Shown piece after piece: positions 24,441 through 37,040 of a stretch of 64,000 nucleotides of DNA. The notes under the pieces were generated by a model that searched no databases, was not told the DNA's origin, and saw nothing but the letters and a program-made list of their open reading frames with translations. A program made the position numbers and the translations under genes. Location: the NCBI RefSeq assembly GCF_030144855.1, contig NC_082721.1:44082001-44146000 (forward strand), in the 5' to 3' direction. Positions within the stretch are counted from its first letter, which is position 1; the number at the start of each line of letters is the position of its first letter. Source of the stretch: Hypanus sabinus. Its lineage: Eukaryota.

Positions 24441-27077
24441 CATCAGTAAAGATGTCCATGTATGCACTGACACAAAAATGGGGAGACAACTAACATATTC
24501 AATATTGTCCCATCAAGGAGAAACTCATTATCAACACAAACATTGAAGTGGCTATCACTGATGCCCATGAATAATGTACCTGTGTGCATAATGTGTACAA
24601 ATGTAGTCATGAGAAATTTGGTCAAAATTTGGACAAATTGCTGAATTCCGGAGGTGAAACGAGAATGAGTCTTTGACTGGAATACTACACAGATGCAGTG
24701 GAGGCAATCCCGCACAAGTCTGGTTAAGATCTTTAAAAACCCAGTCTCCATAAAAGAGGGCTACCTGCTAATGGTGTGGTTCGAGTCAGAGTGGTTGGGC
24801 TTTGGCTGAAGAGGGCTTACGCGACAACAGGCAAGGCAAGTTAGTAGGTATGTTCATTCCTTATTTCCTACCTAACACTTGAGAGAATGGGGTATGTCCA
24901 CAGGGCCACTGTTCTGTTTTGGGTGTCAGATGTGGGATTTCGAGGAGATTATCAGTTTCCCTGATGGTCACATCTGCACAAGGTGCACCCAGATGCAGTT
25001 TCTTAGAGACTGCTAAGGAACTGGAGATGCAGCTCGATGACCTTCAGCTTGATTGCGAAGGTGAAGAAGTGATAGACAGGAGCGACAGGGAGGTACTCAT
25101 CCCAAGGCTACAGGAGACAGATAAATGAGTGACTGTCAGGAGGGTAAAAGAAGAACGTCAGATAGTGGAGACCAACTCTGTGGCCATTCTTCTGAACAAT
25201 CATTACTCCATTTTGAGTAATGGTGGGGGTTACAACCTAGCAGGGAAAAGCAACATCAACTGTGTCTCTGGCACAGTGTCTATGGCTTAGAAGGGTAGGG
25301 AACTGAAGAAAATGGCAGCAGTATTAGATGACTATAATTATGGGAGCAGTTAGATGATTCAGTCGATGTAAAAAACAAACACAGATTTAATTTGCTTCTC
25401 AGGTACCAGGTTCCACGATGTTTTGAATGCACCCACTATATTCTGTAAAGGAAAGGTAAGCAGCCAGAAGCTGTGGTGCATACCTGTACCACCAACATAG
25501 ATAGGAAAGGGAAGGAGTTCCTGAAAACAGAATACAGGGAGTTGGGAAGAAAGCTGAGAAGCTGGACCTCAAAGGTAGTAATCCCAAGATTGTTGCCTAC
25601 GTCCGGCGACATTAAGGACATGAACAGAATGAGGTGACAGATAAATGCGTGGCTCATGAATTAGAGCAGGGCGCAGGGATTGAGATTTCTAGATAATTGA
25701 GATCTCTTCTGGGGCAGTTGTGACCTGTACAAATGGGATGTGTTGCACTTGAATCTGAGCGGGACCAATAATTTTGTGGGCAGGTTTGCTAGAACTGTTG
25801 GAAGTGGTTTAAACTAATATGGCAGAGGGATGGGAATCAGTATGACAGAGCTGAGGATGAGCCAGCAGGTTTACAAACAGATGATGGATGCAACATGAAT
25901 GTAAGGAAAAACAAGCCAGACACTGGGTACAAGTGCAGGCAGACCTATGAGTTAAATTGTACCACAGAGGAAACATTCAAAAGGGCAAAGAATGCAGGAC
26001 TTAACATGCTGTACTTTCATGTGCATAGCATTTGGAATAAAGTGGATGAACTTCTGGCTCAATTACAGATTGGTTGGTATGTATTGTGGGCATCACTGTG
26101 GGTGAAAGAAGGCCATAGTTGGGAGTTTAAAATCAAAGGAAATACTTTGTATTGAAAGGACAGGCAGGAAGGCATAGGCAGTGGTGTGGCTCTGTTGGTA
26201 AGAGGTGTATTTACATCTTTAGAAAGAGGTGACATAGGGTGAGAGAATGCTGAATTTTGTGGGTGGAGTTAAGAAACTGCAAGGTGACTAAAGCATTATT
26301 GTAATCATATACAGGCCTCAAAATATTAGCCAAAGTGTAGGTTTGAGATTGAAAAAAGAGCTGGAAAAGGTACGAAATAAGGGGAATGTCACAATTGTAA
26401 ATGAGGTCTTCGATATGCAAGGGGATTGGGAAAATCAGGCTGGTATCGGATCGGAGAGGGAATTTTTTAAATGCTTACAAGTTGAATTTTTAGAGCTGCT
26501 TGTGCAGAACCTACCAGGAAAAATGCTATCTTATACTGTATTGGGTGTTGTGTGATAACCCAGATCTTATTAGGGAGCTTACCGTACTGCAAGCCTTAGA
26601 AGGCTGTGATCATGATATGATTGTGTTCATTCTGCAAATTGAGAGGGAGAAGAATAAGTCAGATGCGTCAATATTTCAATGGAATAAAAGGAGTTACAGA
26701 GGCATGAGAGTGGAGCTTGTCCAGGTGGATTGGAAGAAGATACAGGAGGATATAACTATGGTGAGTGTATCGAGAACTAGAGTGGACACCCTCAAAATTG
26801 AGGGGCAACCCTATAGAACACAGGTAAGGAGGATTTTTTTTGAGCCAAAGCGTAGTGAATCTGTGGAATGCTCTGCCACAGACTGTGGTGGAAGCCAAAT
26901 CTGTGGGTATATCTAAAGTGGATGGTGATAGTCTCCTGATTGATCAGAGCATCAAAGGATATGGCGAGACGGCAGGTGTATGGGGTTGAGTGGGATTGGA
27001 GATCAGCCAAGATTCAATTGTGGAACAGATTTGATGGGCTGAATAACCAAATCTGCTCCTATATCTTATGGTCTTAT

Positions 27078-27175
27078 GTAGTGGTCACCAACCTTTTTAA
27101 GCCCAAGATCCTTTACCTCACCCTCAATAAAAAGCAAGATCGATTTCAAATCTATTAGTTACATGCATGCACACA
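27078..27175. mobile_element. hAT terminal fragment inside the CR1
   Basis: TAGTGGTCACCAACCTTTTTAAGCCCAAGATCC (27078-27110) is the exact reverse complement of 57898-57930. Confidence 0.75.
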
Positions 27176-28321
27176 TGTTTTTTGAGCATGTGACAGAACA
27201 CATCAATAATGGTAGAGCCATAGATGTAGTGTATATGGGTTTCAGCAAGGCATTTGATAAGGTTCCCCATGCAGGGATTATTGAGCAATTAATGAGGCAT
27301 GGGATCCAAAGGAAAGTTGCTTTGTGGATATACAACTGGGTTGCCCACAGAAGGCAAAGTCTGATTGTAGATGGATCATATTCTGCATGGAGGTCAGTGA
27401 CCAGCAGTGTGCCTCAGGGATATGTTCTGGGAAACTGTATTATTGCTGATTACACAAAGATTGTGGGTGTTATGGATAGTGTGGAGGGCATTAATGGCAA
27501 GACTCTTGGCAGTGAGGAGGATCAGAGGGATCTTGGGGTCCGAGTCCATAGGGCACTCAAAGCTGCTATGCAAGTTGACTCTGTGGTTAAAAAGGCATAC
27601 AGTGCATTGGCCTTCATCAATCTTGGGATAGAGTTTAAGAGCCGAGAGATAATATTACAGCTTTATAGGATCCTCATCAGGCCCCGCTTGAATATAAAAG
27701 CAAGGATGGAATGCTGAAGCTTTATAAGGCAGTTATCAGACTCCATTTAGAGTATTGAGCAGCTTTGGGGCCCTTTTTGAAGAAAGGGTGTGCTGGGATT
27801 GGAGAATATGTAGAGGAGGCTCACAGGAATGATCCTCTGAATGAAGGGGTTAAAGTATGTAGAAAATTTGATGGTTCTGTGTAGGTATTTGCTGGAGTTT
27901 ACCAGAATGAGAAGGATTTAATTGAAACCTATTGGCTGCTGAAATCTCTGGACAGAGTGGACGTTGAGAGAATGTGTCCCAACATGGTAAAGTCTAGGAC
28001 TGAGGGTCTTAGCCTCAGAATATATGGATGTTCATTTAAAACAGAGATGAAATGGAATTTCAATTCTGGTCATCTCGTTACAGGAAGGATGAGCAAACCA
28101 TTAAAAGGGTGCAGAAGAGATTTACAAAAACGTTGCCTGGATTGGGGAGCATGCCTTTTGAGAATAGGCTGAGTGAACTCAGCCTTTTCTCCTTGGAGCG
28201 ATGAAGGATGAGAGGTGACCCTGATAGAGGTGTACAAGATAATGAGAAGCATTGATCGTGTGGATAGTCAGAAGCTTTTTGCCAAGTCTAAAACAGCTAG
28301 GACAAGAGGACAGTGTTTTAA

Positions 28322-28731
28322 CCCTTTCCTACTGTTCATAATGTTTACCTTCACAGTATGGGCCATGTCAATTTTGACCCGGAACCTTAATTCCCTCCTA
28401 AATACCAGATTTTGAACCACAGATCTGTTTAGAATGTATAAATGGCCTATCTGGCATTAATAAATGGGTGATTAATCCTTAATTAATGTTTAAGAGATCT
28501 AAAATCAATTTCAATAAATACGGGTCAAATTTAATCCAGAGCAGCCAGAATGTACAAAAATTTGTAGCACCTGTACAAATGTATAACATTTTTAAATATT
28601 TTTCATTTTTGCACATTTTGGATCACTAGGAAAAAAAATCATCAAATTTCGGCTAAAAATGGCATTTAGGGTGTTTTTCCTCCTGTCAAGGGTCAAAACG
28701 TGTCACATTTGACCCTGAAAGTATGTATGCG
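28322..28731. mobile_element. piggyBac-like non-autonomous element (MITE), 410 bp
   Basis: Flanked by TTAA at 28318-28321 and 28732-28735; starts CCCTTT; internal GGGTCAAA/TTTGACCC motifs; the CR1 tail reads ...GTGTTTTAA|GGTGCTTGGAAGTAGG across the site. Confidence 0.8.
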
Positions 28732-29039
28732 TTAAGGTGCTTGGAAGTAGGTACAGTGGATATATCAGAGGTGAGATTTTTTACGCTGAGAGTGGTGAAT
28801 GCGTGGAATGCGCTGCTGGCAGTGACAGTGGAGTCGGAAACAATAGGTTATTTAAGAGGCACCTGGATGGATACACGGAGCTTAGAAATATAGAGGGCTG
28901 TTGGTAAGCCGATGTAGTTCTAAAGAAAGGACACGCACAGCACAGCTTTGTGGGCTGAAGGGCCTGTATTGCGCTGTAGTTTTTCTCTGTTTCTATGTTA
29001 CTAACATGGAACACACTTGCCCTTCCCCTCCCTCCTACC

Positions 29040-29190
29040 CAAATTTATTCTAGCGTTCCCATTCCCATCCTGATGAAGGGTGTCGTCCCCAAAACATCGA
29101 CTGTTTATTCATTTTCATCTTCACGCTGTCTGGCCTGCTGGAGTTGCTCCAGGTTTCGTGTGTGCACTAAATAAAAATATTCCTGCGTTA
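29040..29190 (+). mobile_element. Penelope 3' tail fragment
   Basis: CCTGATGAAGGG...AAAACATCGACTG...TGGCCTGCTGGAG. Confidence 0.65.
29065..29103 (+). ncRNA. Penelope hammerhead relic, degenerate
   Basis: CCATC CTGATGA AGGG TGTCGT CCCC AAAAC ATC GACTG. Confidence 0.5.
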
Positions 29191-29949
29191 GCTGTTACCA
29201 GCCTGAACATATTGACTTTTGGGGACACAGAAGTGGTTACAGAGGGAAGTGAGGTCATTATGAAACCCTAACTGCTCAACATGACATGGGTGCTCTTGGA
29301 GGTCTCCACTCTCAAAACAGCAACTGTCAGTTCTAAAGCGGAAGTGATACAATGCAGAAACAATTGAGGACTCGCAGGGTGTCAGCATGTTGCATGCCCA
29401 TGGATGAATGCACAGAGACTATCGGACCTGCAGTCTCGGTGTCACCCTCCTTCATCCCCAACATCCCACGGGCACCACCGATTACATGGGCATAGCCAGA
29501 TTAAGGGGAAAACACACCCGGTTTACGGAACTTTCCATCCCTTTACGCACCGGGAAAGCCGACGTACAGGGTTGGAAACTTAGTTAAGCTTTCCTGAGCA
29601 GAAAACCACTGACAAAGTCCTGCATTCTTAGCCAGTATTTCAAGTAGTAGCCCATCTTGGAAGATCCTTCCTCTCCCCGGGGATAGGGCCTTCGGAGCTT
29701 CAGTAGACGTTTCTACAGCTCTGTTTTTTTTTTCCGGAAGGTGGTTGCTAACCCCATTTCCAATCCTGCTTCTTTCCCAGCTCTGTTTGGGACCCTCCGG
29801 GCGGAGTTAGCGGAGTAGAATGTTGGTGCATTTAACTCCGCTGCAGGAGCATCTTTACTGGAACAGCTCAAAAGTAAAGTTTTCTGGAGAAACCAGCTAC
29901 CCAGATTAGAAAAGAGAATGGCCTGTCCATGTATGGCAGATTGATTCCA

Positions 29950-30715
29950 TCAGAATTACTCCACGGGGACAAAGGTGAGGACTTTACTGAGGACAGAGCG
30001 CTCTTCCTCAAAGAGTTGAAGGTCGGAGGGAATGGTAAAGAACCGAAACAGATGAGAGATGTGATTAGAGGGGGGAGGGTGGCTGGTGTATCGTTGGAGA
30101 GTCGAGGGTGGGGGTGAGAGGAAGATACAGCTTCTGAGGACCCAGGACTTGACTGTGGGAGATGAGGGAGAGGGGATGGCAGAGTAGTGGTGGGGGGTGG
30201 GGAAACGGGAGTCCCAATCGGTGCATGTGAAGACCCGGCCTGGAGTTCCAGACTGGAGTCGCAGTTCTCCCTCCTCCACTTCTTACCCCATCCCTGATAT
30301 GCTTCGCTTCTTTTCCCCTCCCCTTTCTTTTCTCTCTCCTTGCCCATCACCCTGCCTGTTCCCCATCTCCCTCTGGTGATCCCATCCTCATTTCTTTCTC
30401 CCTCGGCCTCCCGTCCTGTGATCCTTTCCCTTAGCCAGCTCTGTATCCCTTTTCCCAATCACCGTTCCAGCTCTTAGCTTCACCCCACCTCCTCCAGCCT
30501 TCTCCTATCGCATTTTGCATTTCCCTCTCACCCTCTTACTTTCAAATCTCTTACTATCTTTCTTTTCAAATAGTCCTGACAAAGGGTCTCGGCCCGAAAC
30601 GTCGACCATTCTTCTTCCTGTAGATGCTGCCTACACCAGCATTCCACCAAATGCGTTCCACCAGCATTTTTTGTGTGTTGCTTGAATTTCCAGCATCTGC
30701 AGCTTTCCTTGTGTT
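29950..30715. mobile_element. Penelope fragments: minus-strand ORF N-terminus joined to a plus-strand tail
   Basis: Minus 29956-30100 reads FTIPSDLQLFEEERSVLSKVLTFVP (compare 21450-21540); plus 30260-30715 is the pseudo-LTR/tail. Confidence 0.75.
30571..30608 (+). ncRNA. Penelope minimal hammerhead ribozyme relic (G8->A)
   Basis: TAGTC CTGACAA AGGG TCTCGG CCC GAAAC GTC GACCA. Confidence 0.7.
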
Positions 30716-31506
30716 TGCATATTATAGTTACTACCTGTATTTAGTCTGTATTTTGCTCTTGTATAATCTACGAAAGAGGAATCAACGGCTGGAGTGTAAG
30801 GAAAAATTTAAAGTTGATTCCTTATTAGAAAATGTAAAATGTGTAACGCACAGTCGGGGGGGGGGGGGGGGGGTTGGGGTGTGGTAAGATATTAGTCTTG
30901 AATGTGGGAATGATTTGAGAAAGGAGAAGTTGACCTTTCCACAACAGTGTTTGCAGAAATGGGTATGAATGCTATTCTACATCCCCGAGAAATGAGGAAT
31001 GGTGGAAAAGCCCTTTGTTTGTGTAAACAAAATTATTCGGCAGCCTGGTACTGCCCCACGGGAAATGATTTGGGCAAGGGAACTTGAAGGATATTAACAG
31101 GCCAAAGTTTTGTACGTTGGGATCTTTTCTTATACCGGGTCACGACTAGTGCTGGAATTGGAAATAGGTACAAGGACATGGAGAGAGAGCCATCCCTCCC
31201 CACTCCGACCACCTTCTCTGTTCGCTTAGAAGTCTCTCTTTCTCAACTCAACAATTCCATCTACCCCTATGGCTGTCTGATCTTCTTTTGGTCTCTCTCA
31301 CTCTCTTCCTCTCTCCACCGCCCCCTCCTTCCCTGCCTCGCCCCGCCCCTTCCCTTCTCCACCAACTGATTTCAGATTTCCGGATTTCCTTTGTAGGAGC
31401 CGTTCAGCCCGCGCGAGTCTCCTCCCTCCTCCCACCCAAATGAGAATGTTAAGCGCATACAAGAGTAAAAGACTCAGACACGGAAATCATTCCTGCACTG
31501 AACATC

Positions 31507-31512
31507 TTTATT
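31507..31512 (-). terminator. Candidate polyadenylation signal (AATAAA) of the IgL C transcript
   Basis: TTTATT on the plus strand, about 345 nt downstream of the C-exon stop codon, in non-repetitive sequence. Confidence 0.6.
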
Positions 31513-31854
31513 AGCAATTTATGGCCGTTGCCATCTGTCAGTCTGATACTGCTGAGAAATCATTAGCAGACTCATGAATAACTTCAATCCGATCCATCCC
31601 TAGTAACAGAGAAAACAATTCACCAGCTGATATTTCTAATGATGACAAGTAACAGGCCACTTTTACCCCACGTAGCTTCTCGGAGAATGAAACGGAGCAA
31701 AATCAGTCTCCGTTGCAAATATTATAACAACACAATGGAAACCACAGAACTCTGGTCAGAGTTCGGAGTACAGTGAAGAGAGTGGTAGAGGGAGGTGAAG
31801 GATGCAAAAAACAAAATCTGTTCAAAGCAAACAAGTACGAGGCCACGCGCATTT

Positions 31855-32177
31855 CTAACAGTTGGACTGTGTGACTGTTGCGGATGTTGTCGAAGCCGCT
31901 CCGAGATTAACCACGCAGGAGTATACCTTACCACTACTCCAGTCTGTGCCGGGCACCGTCAGGTAGCTGCTGAGACTGAAAGTTCTGTCCGTGTTCCGCC
32001 TCACTGCGCTGGTTGTCACCTCACGGCTGGTCGGACTCCCGTCCACTGTCCAGCTGACGACAGGGAAGCCCACCGACAGCTTACTGACCAGGCAAACTAA
32101 GGTGCCGGTTCCTTTAGCGGAGATCTCCTCGGCTGACGGCCCAAGCAGTTTCACTGAAGTGTCGGGGAGCTGCTGAT
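31855..32177 (-). CDS. Immunoglobulin light-chain constant-domain exon (C1-set), probably sigma/sigma-related isotype; possibly non-functional because of the splice acceptor
   Basis: Translation (D)QQLPDTSVKLLGPSAEEISAKGTGTLVCLVSKLSVGFPVVSWTVDG...TFSLSSYLTVPGTDWSSGKVYSCVVNLGAASTTSATVTQSNC*. It has 107 codons, TLVC / W / YSC core residues, the SSYL motif, a terminal Cys for H-L bonding and a TAG stop at 31855-31857, with a pyrimidine tract upstream. The isotype call rests on my recollection of the SKLxV motif and no His after the second Cys, and is tentative. Confidence 0.95.
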
Positions 32178-32624
32178 CGGGAACAAGAGGAGACATGAAT
32201 GAGTCACTGAATATCTTGCGATATTCACATTTGGATGGAAGCGTGAGTGAAAGGTTCCAGCTTCCAAGAATGGGGCCCAGGGTTTCGCTAGGGTGCAAGG
32301 CAGTGTCGATGGAGGGCAGAGCATTTTAGTCAACACTGAAGGACTGGACGTTTGTGGCCAAATCCTGCAGAGTCGCTGGATTACAACATCACCAGCTCAT
32401 TGACATCACTTCCAGCTCTTGGGATCTTCCTCGGTCTGTGCTAACAGTGACACATTCCTTCCCTTTGCTCCATCCACTCAACACCAATGCGCACCCTCCC
32501 ACCCGTATCACCCATAGCTGTAATGTCAGTAAACCTATTTCTACGCTTACCCAGAGTAGAGCGCAACGTATTCGTGGTCCTGACATTTACAGGGCTGGTT
32601 TAGCGAAATCACACTATGACCGTA

Positions 32625-33560
32625 TAGCCATATAACAATCACAGCAGGAAACAGGCCATCTAGGCCCTTCTAGTCCATGCCGACCACTTACTCTCACCTC
32701 GCCCCACCGAACTGCACGCAGCCCATAACCCTCCATTCCTTTCCTGTCCATATATCTGTCCAATTTTACTTTAAATGACAATACCGAACCTACCTCTACC
32801 ACTTCTACTGGAAGCTCGTTCCACACAGCTACCACTCTCTGAGTGAAGAAGATCCCCCTCGTGTAAACCCTAAACTTTTGCCCCCTAACTCTCAACTCAT
32901 GTCCTGATGTTTGAATCTCCCCTACTCTCAATGGAAAAGGCCTATATCCACGTCAACTCTATCTATCTTTTAAATACCTCTATCAAGTCCCCTCTCAACC
33001 TTCTACACTCCAAAGAATAAAGACCTGACTTGTTCAACCTTTCTTTGTAACTTTGGTGCTGAAACCCAGGTAACATTCCAGTAAATCTTCTATGTAGTGT
33101 CTCTATTTTGTTGGCATCTTTCCTATAATTTGGTGACCAGAACTGTACACAGTACTCCAACTGTGGCCTTACCAATGCCTTGTACAATTTTAACATTACA
33201 TCCCAACTCCTACACTCAGTGCTGTGATTTATAAATGACAGCATACCGAAAGCTTTCTTCACCACATGAGATTCCACTTTCAGAGAACTATGCATCATTA
33301 TTCCTAAATCACTTTGTTCTACTGCATTTTTCAATGCCCTACCATTTACCATGTATGTGTTATTTTGAATATGCCTAACAGAATGTAGCACCTCACACTT
33401 ATCAACATTAAACTCCCTCTACAACTTTAAGTCCGCTCTTCTAACTGGCCTAAATCTGTCTGCAATCTTTGAAAACCTGCTTTATTACCCACAATGCCAC
33501 CTATCTTAGTATCATCTGCATAATTACTAATTCAATTTACCACCCTATCATCCAGATCAC
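32625..33560 (-). mobile_element. CR1 LINE 3' fragment in the intron upstream of the Ig C exon
   Basis: YADD (TATGCAGATGAT on minus, about 33510-33523) and LYKALVRPQLEYCVQFWSP; CR1 tail ends near 32625. Confidence 0.9.
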
Positions 33561-35990
33561 CCATCATCATGACGATGCAGAAGCAATTACTGTGGGCGAA
33601 GGAAGGTGGGATTCTCCCCAGGCCCGAAGCTCTGGCCTGAGTCTGTGTAGCGACCGGAATCACTGAGCAGCCATACCCCAAAAGGAGCAGTGCTCAATTG
33701 AAAAGGTGGCAGGAGAGAGGAGGCAAGGACGAGGCAATTGGATGGGTATCTGCGGGAGTGTTCTCCACTGACTGGTAGAAATGGAATTTCAGTGAAAGTT
33801 GGTGGAAGGTTTCATGAGAGCATTCTCATACATTAACTTGAAACTTGTAGTTGTGTTGTCTTGACAACCGGGGGCTACATCATATTCCCAGTGACACCCT
33901 GTGCCGCACTCTGAGAAGCTGGAAGTCCTCACGCTGGCTTCCAACAAATCCAAGCAAAAGCGGCCAAACTGATAGAGTTAGGAATTTTTTTCCCATTGGG
34001 TGGTTTCGGAGCATGCATGTTTTCTATATGGCTGTATTCTTCATCACTGCCATCTTTGATAATCCCATATTGGTCTGTGTTCTGCGCATGTAGGAAGTAA
34101 ATTGGAATAAAATTATAGTATGGCAGTTAAACGAATTAATGTAATAAGTTGGAATGTACGTGGTTGGAATCATCCTATTAAACGAAAAAAAGTCTTTTCA
34201 AATTATTAATCGATTCCAACCTGATATAATTGTTGCTCAAGAGATGCATATCAAGGTGGGAGATCAAAATATTTTTTCGCTGGTGGAATGGATTACAACT
34301 CCATGCTACTTCTCTGAGCAAAACTAAGGGTGTGTCTATCTTTATCAAATCTAATATATTTACTCAAGAGGATATTGAATCAGATTCTAATGGTAGATTT
34401 TTAATTGTTAAAGGAGCGGTTTGTAATAGAAAGGTTGTTTTGGTTAATTTGTATGGTCTTAATTTAGATGATCCTTTAAAAAATATTTGCTTTATTGTCA
34501 GATTTAAATGAGTATATGTTGGTAATGGGTGGTGATTTTAACTGTTGTTGAAATCCTATGATTGACAAGAGCTCAACTAATCAACAACTTCCAAATCATT
34601 CTACAACGGCTATTAACTCCTTTTTAAACAATTTAGGGTTGATCGAATTATGCAGGAATTTACACCCTGATATCATAAAAAAAAAATTTTCACACGTTTA
34701 TAAAAATTATCTGAGGATTGATTATATTATAGTTGATCCCCGTCTTTGCCTAATGTTAAAAACTGTGAATTTGATGCTATTGCTAAATCTGATCATGTGC
34801 CTTTGAGTTCGTCCTTTGAATTTGACAATGTCATTTTTGGCCGTCCAGCACAGCGGATGTCTCAGACTTTATTGCAAAACTCTGACCTCATCAGTTTTAT
34901 CGAAAGCCAGATAAAATAATTCTTTCTTTTTAATGATACAGGAGGTATGTTTAAATTAATTGTATGGGATACATTCAAAGCATTTTTACATGGTCAGATT
35001 ATTTCTTATTCAACTGAACTTAAAAATCAGACTAAAGCAGAATTAGATAAAATTTCAAAACAAATTAAAGACTTAGATAATATCTGTGCGACTTCCCCTA
35101 ATATTGACTTATTTTAAAAAAAGGGTGGAACTTCAATCACAATATAACCTATTATTAACTCATCCAATTGACGGTTATCTACTTAAGTTAAAGAGCCAAT
35201 TTTATATGTTTGGAGATAAAAGTAATAAACTACTTGCATCTCAGTTAACATCAGCTGGAGCCAAGGGGCAAATTTTGAAAATTCGTAGAAAAGATGGTAC
35301 CCTGGTTTGGGATTATGAACAAATTAATAAGATTTTTCAAGATTTTTATATTGAAATTTATAAATCTCAATGTCCAGTAGACTCTTCTGAAATGAATGCT
35401 TTTTTACAAAAGATTGTTTTTCGTAAAATTTCTGCTGAGGATCAAAAATCTCTTGATGCCCAAATTACTGAATCCAAAATTCATAAAGCTAAGTTTTCAA
35501 TGCAATCTGGTAAGGCCCCAGGACTTGATGGTTATCATGTAGAATTTTATTAAAAAATTAGAAAATTGCTTTCTCCACATATGTTGGAGATGTTCAAAGA
35601 ATCTTTTGTGAAAAGTGATTTACCCTCTACTTTTTATGAAGCTTCTATTTCTTTAATTCTCAAAAAGGATAAAGATCCTACTGATTGTGCCCCATACAGA
35701 CCTATTTCATTTTTGAATGTTGATGCTAAGATTCTCTCAATGATAATGGCCAATCAGTTGGAGAATGTTAGGGTAAAATCATTTTTAAAGATCAAACAGG
35801 CTTTATAAAGGGTTATTATCCTTTCTCAAATGTTCAGAGATTATTTAACATTATATATTCACCTTCTTCTAAAACTCCACCATGTGTTATATCTTTGGAT
35901 GCTGAAAAAGCATTTGATCGAGTCAAATGGAAATACTTATTTAATGTTTTAGAAAAATTTGGTTTTGGTATCAATTTTAATAATTGGATT

Positions 35991-37040
35991 TGTTATGAGT
36001 GATGGACAATGGGGGTGCAGAGTTAACATTCCCAACCTCCCCCCTCCCCCCCGAGAACTACGAACTATTGCTGTTGTTATGCTACTATTGAGAGAGAGAG
36101 ATAAAGCCCAGGCAAGAACATTTGCTACAGATAGGAGGGAGAGAGAGACTGTTGATTAACTGTATTATGACTCATCCTGGATTATTTACTTACTACTACA
36201 AGGACTGTACTTGGCTTATTAACATTCCTCAGGAGATAGCAGGAGTGGCCTGATTTGATGAACACAGTCATTCAGAGTTGATGGATAGCTGACACCCTGT
36301 GAGTGGGGATAAAAAGACAGGTCTGGAGAAACACCCTTCAGACACACCAGTGGACACTGATTGAGTGTTGGATACCCACAGAAAGGTGGGGGCTTCGAAG
36401 ACCGAACCTGGAGATCAGTCAGTAAAGCTCACAGTGTTACAGCAGGGCCAGTGGGGACTCATGTGTGTGTCCGCTCATGCCAGAGTGACGAGTCCACCAC
36501 AGAAGAACGGTCTAGCTGAAGACCAGAGGGGTCATGACCACAACGATACGACGGATTAAGAAAGCAAAGGACGGTTTGGCTGCTATAGCTNNNNNNNNNN
36601 NNNNNNNNNNNNNNNNNNNNNNNNNNNNNNNNNNNNNNNNNNNNNNNNNNNNNNNNNNNNNNNNNNNNNNNNNNNNNNNNNNNNNNNNNNNNNNNNNNNN
36701 NNNNNNNNNNNNNNNNNNNNNNNNNNNNNNNNNNNNNNNNNNNNNNNNNNNNNNNNNNNNNNNACACAACAACCATAACTACTTCAACATTTATGAACTG
36801 AACTTTATACTTCTCTATGACAATTTATTTACCCCTAGACATCAATATATTGTTTATTATTGCTTATTATTATTCCTACATTTTTAGGTTTCTTACTGCT
36901 AACTTGTTTTATATGTATATTTGCATTTTTGATATTGGCTTGTGTAATTTACTAATAAACACCTTTAGTTTGATAACACCAGACTCCAACGGATTTTTCT
37001 TTCTCTGCTGGTAAGACACCCAGTTACGGGGTATATAACA
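35991..37040 (+). mobile_element. Solo LTR (family A) with 4-bp TSD
   Basis: TGTTATGAGT...TATAACA with GATT on both sides (35987-35990, 37041-37044); the L1 RT frame resumes after it. Confidence 0.92.
36591..36763. other. Assembly gap (173 N)
   Basis: Run of N inside LTR A, where the other copy has a CT-rich tract. Confidence 1.

Larger units (their letters stand above)
24770..29000 (+). mobile_element. CR1 LINE, composite near-full-length but internally deleted and decayed (ORF1, APE, RT, tail)
   Basis: ORF1-like C..C motifs with KELEMQLDDL and esterase-type GTN region; endonuclease HSIWNKVDEL; RT VDVVYMGFSKAFDKVPH, VTSSVPQG and IADYTKI; CR1 tail to about 29000. Several partial tail segments are present. 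Confidence 0.85.

Noticed and set aside
29200-29870. Segment resembling a LINE 5' UTR on the minus strand
   Set aside because: No coding motif to anchor a family assignment; left unannotated.
29868-30458. 196-aa minus-strand ORF
   Set aside because: Runs through low-complexity Penelope tail and inverted ORF pieces; not a coherent protein.
32178-32298. N-terminal 40-aa extension of the 147-aa ORF containing the Ig C domain
   Set aside because: Intron sequence including the pyrimidine tract; not leader-like or J-like, so excluded from the exon call.
33580-33670. Minus-strand peptide ..DSGRYTDSGQSFGPGENPT.. resembling a V-end/J (FGxG) motif
   Set aside because: No Cys in the DSGxYxC position, FGPG is not followed by T-x-L/V, and there is no RSS or GT donor; likely chance.
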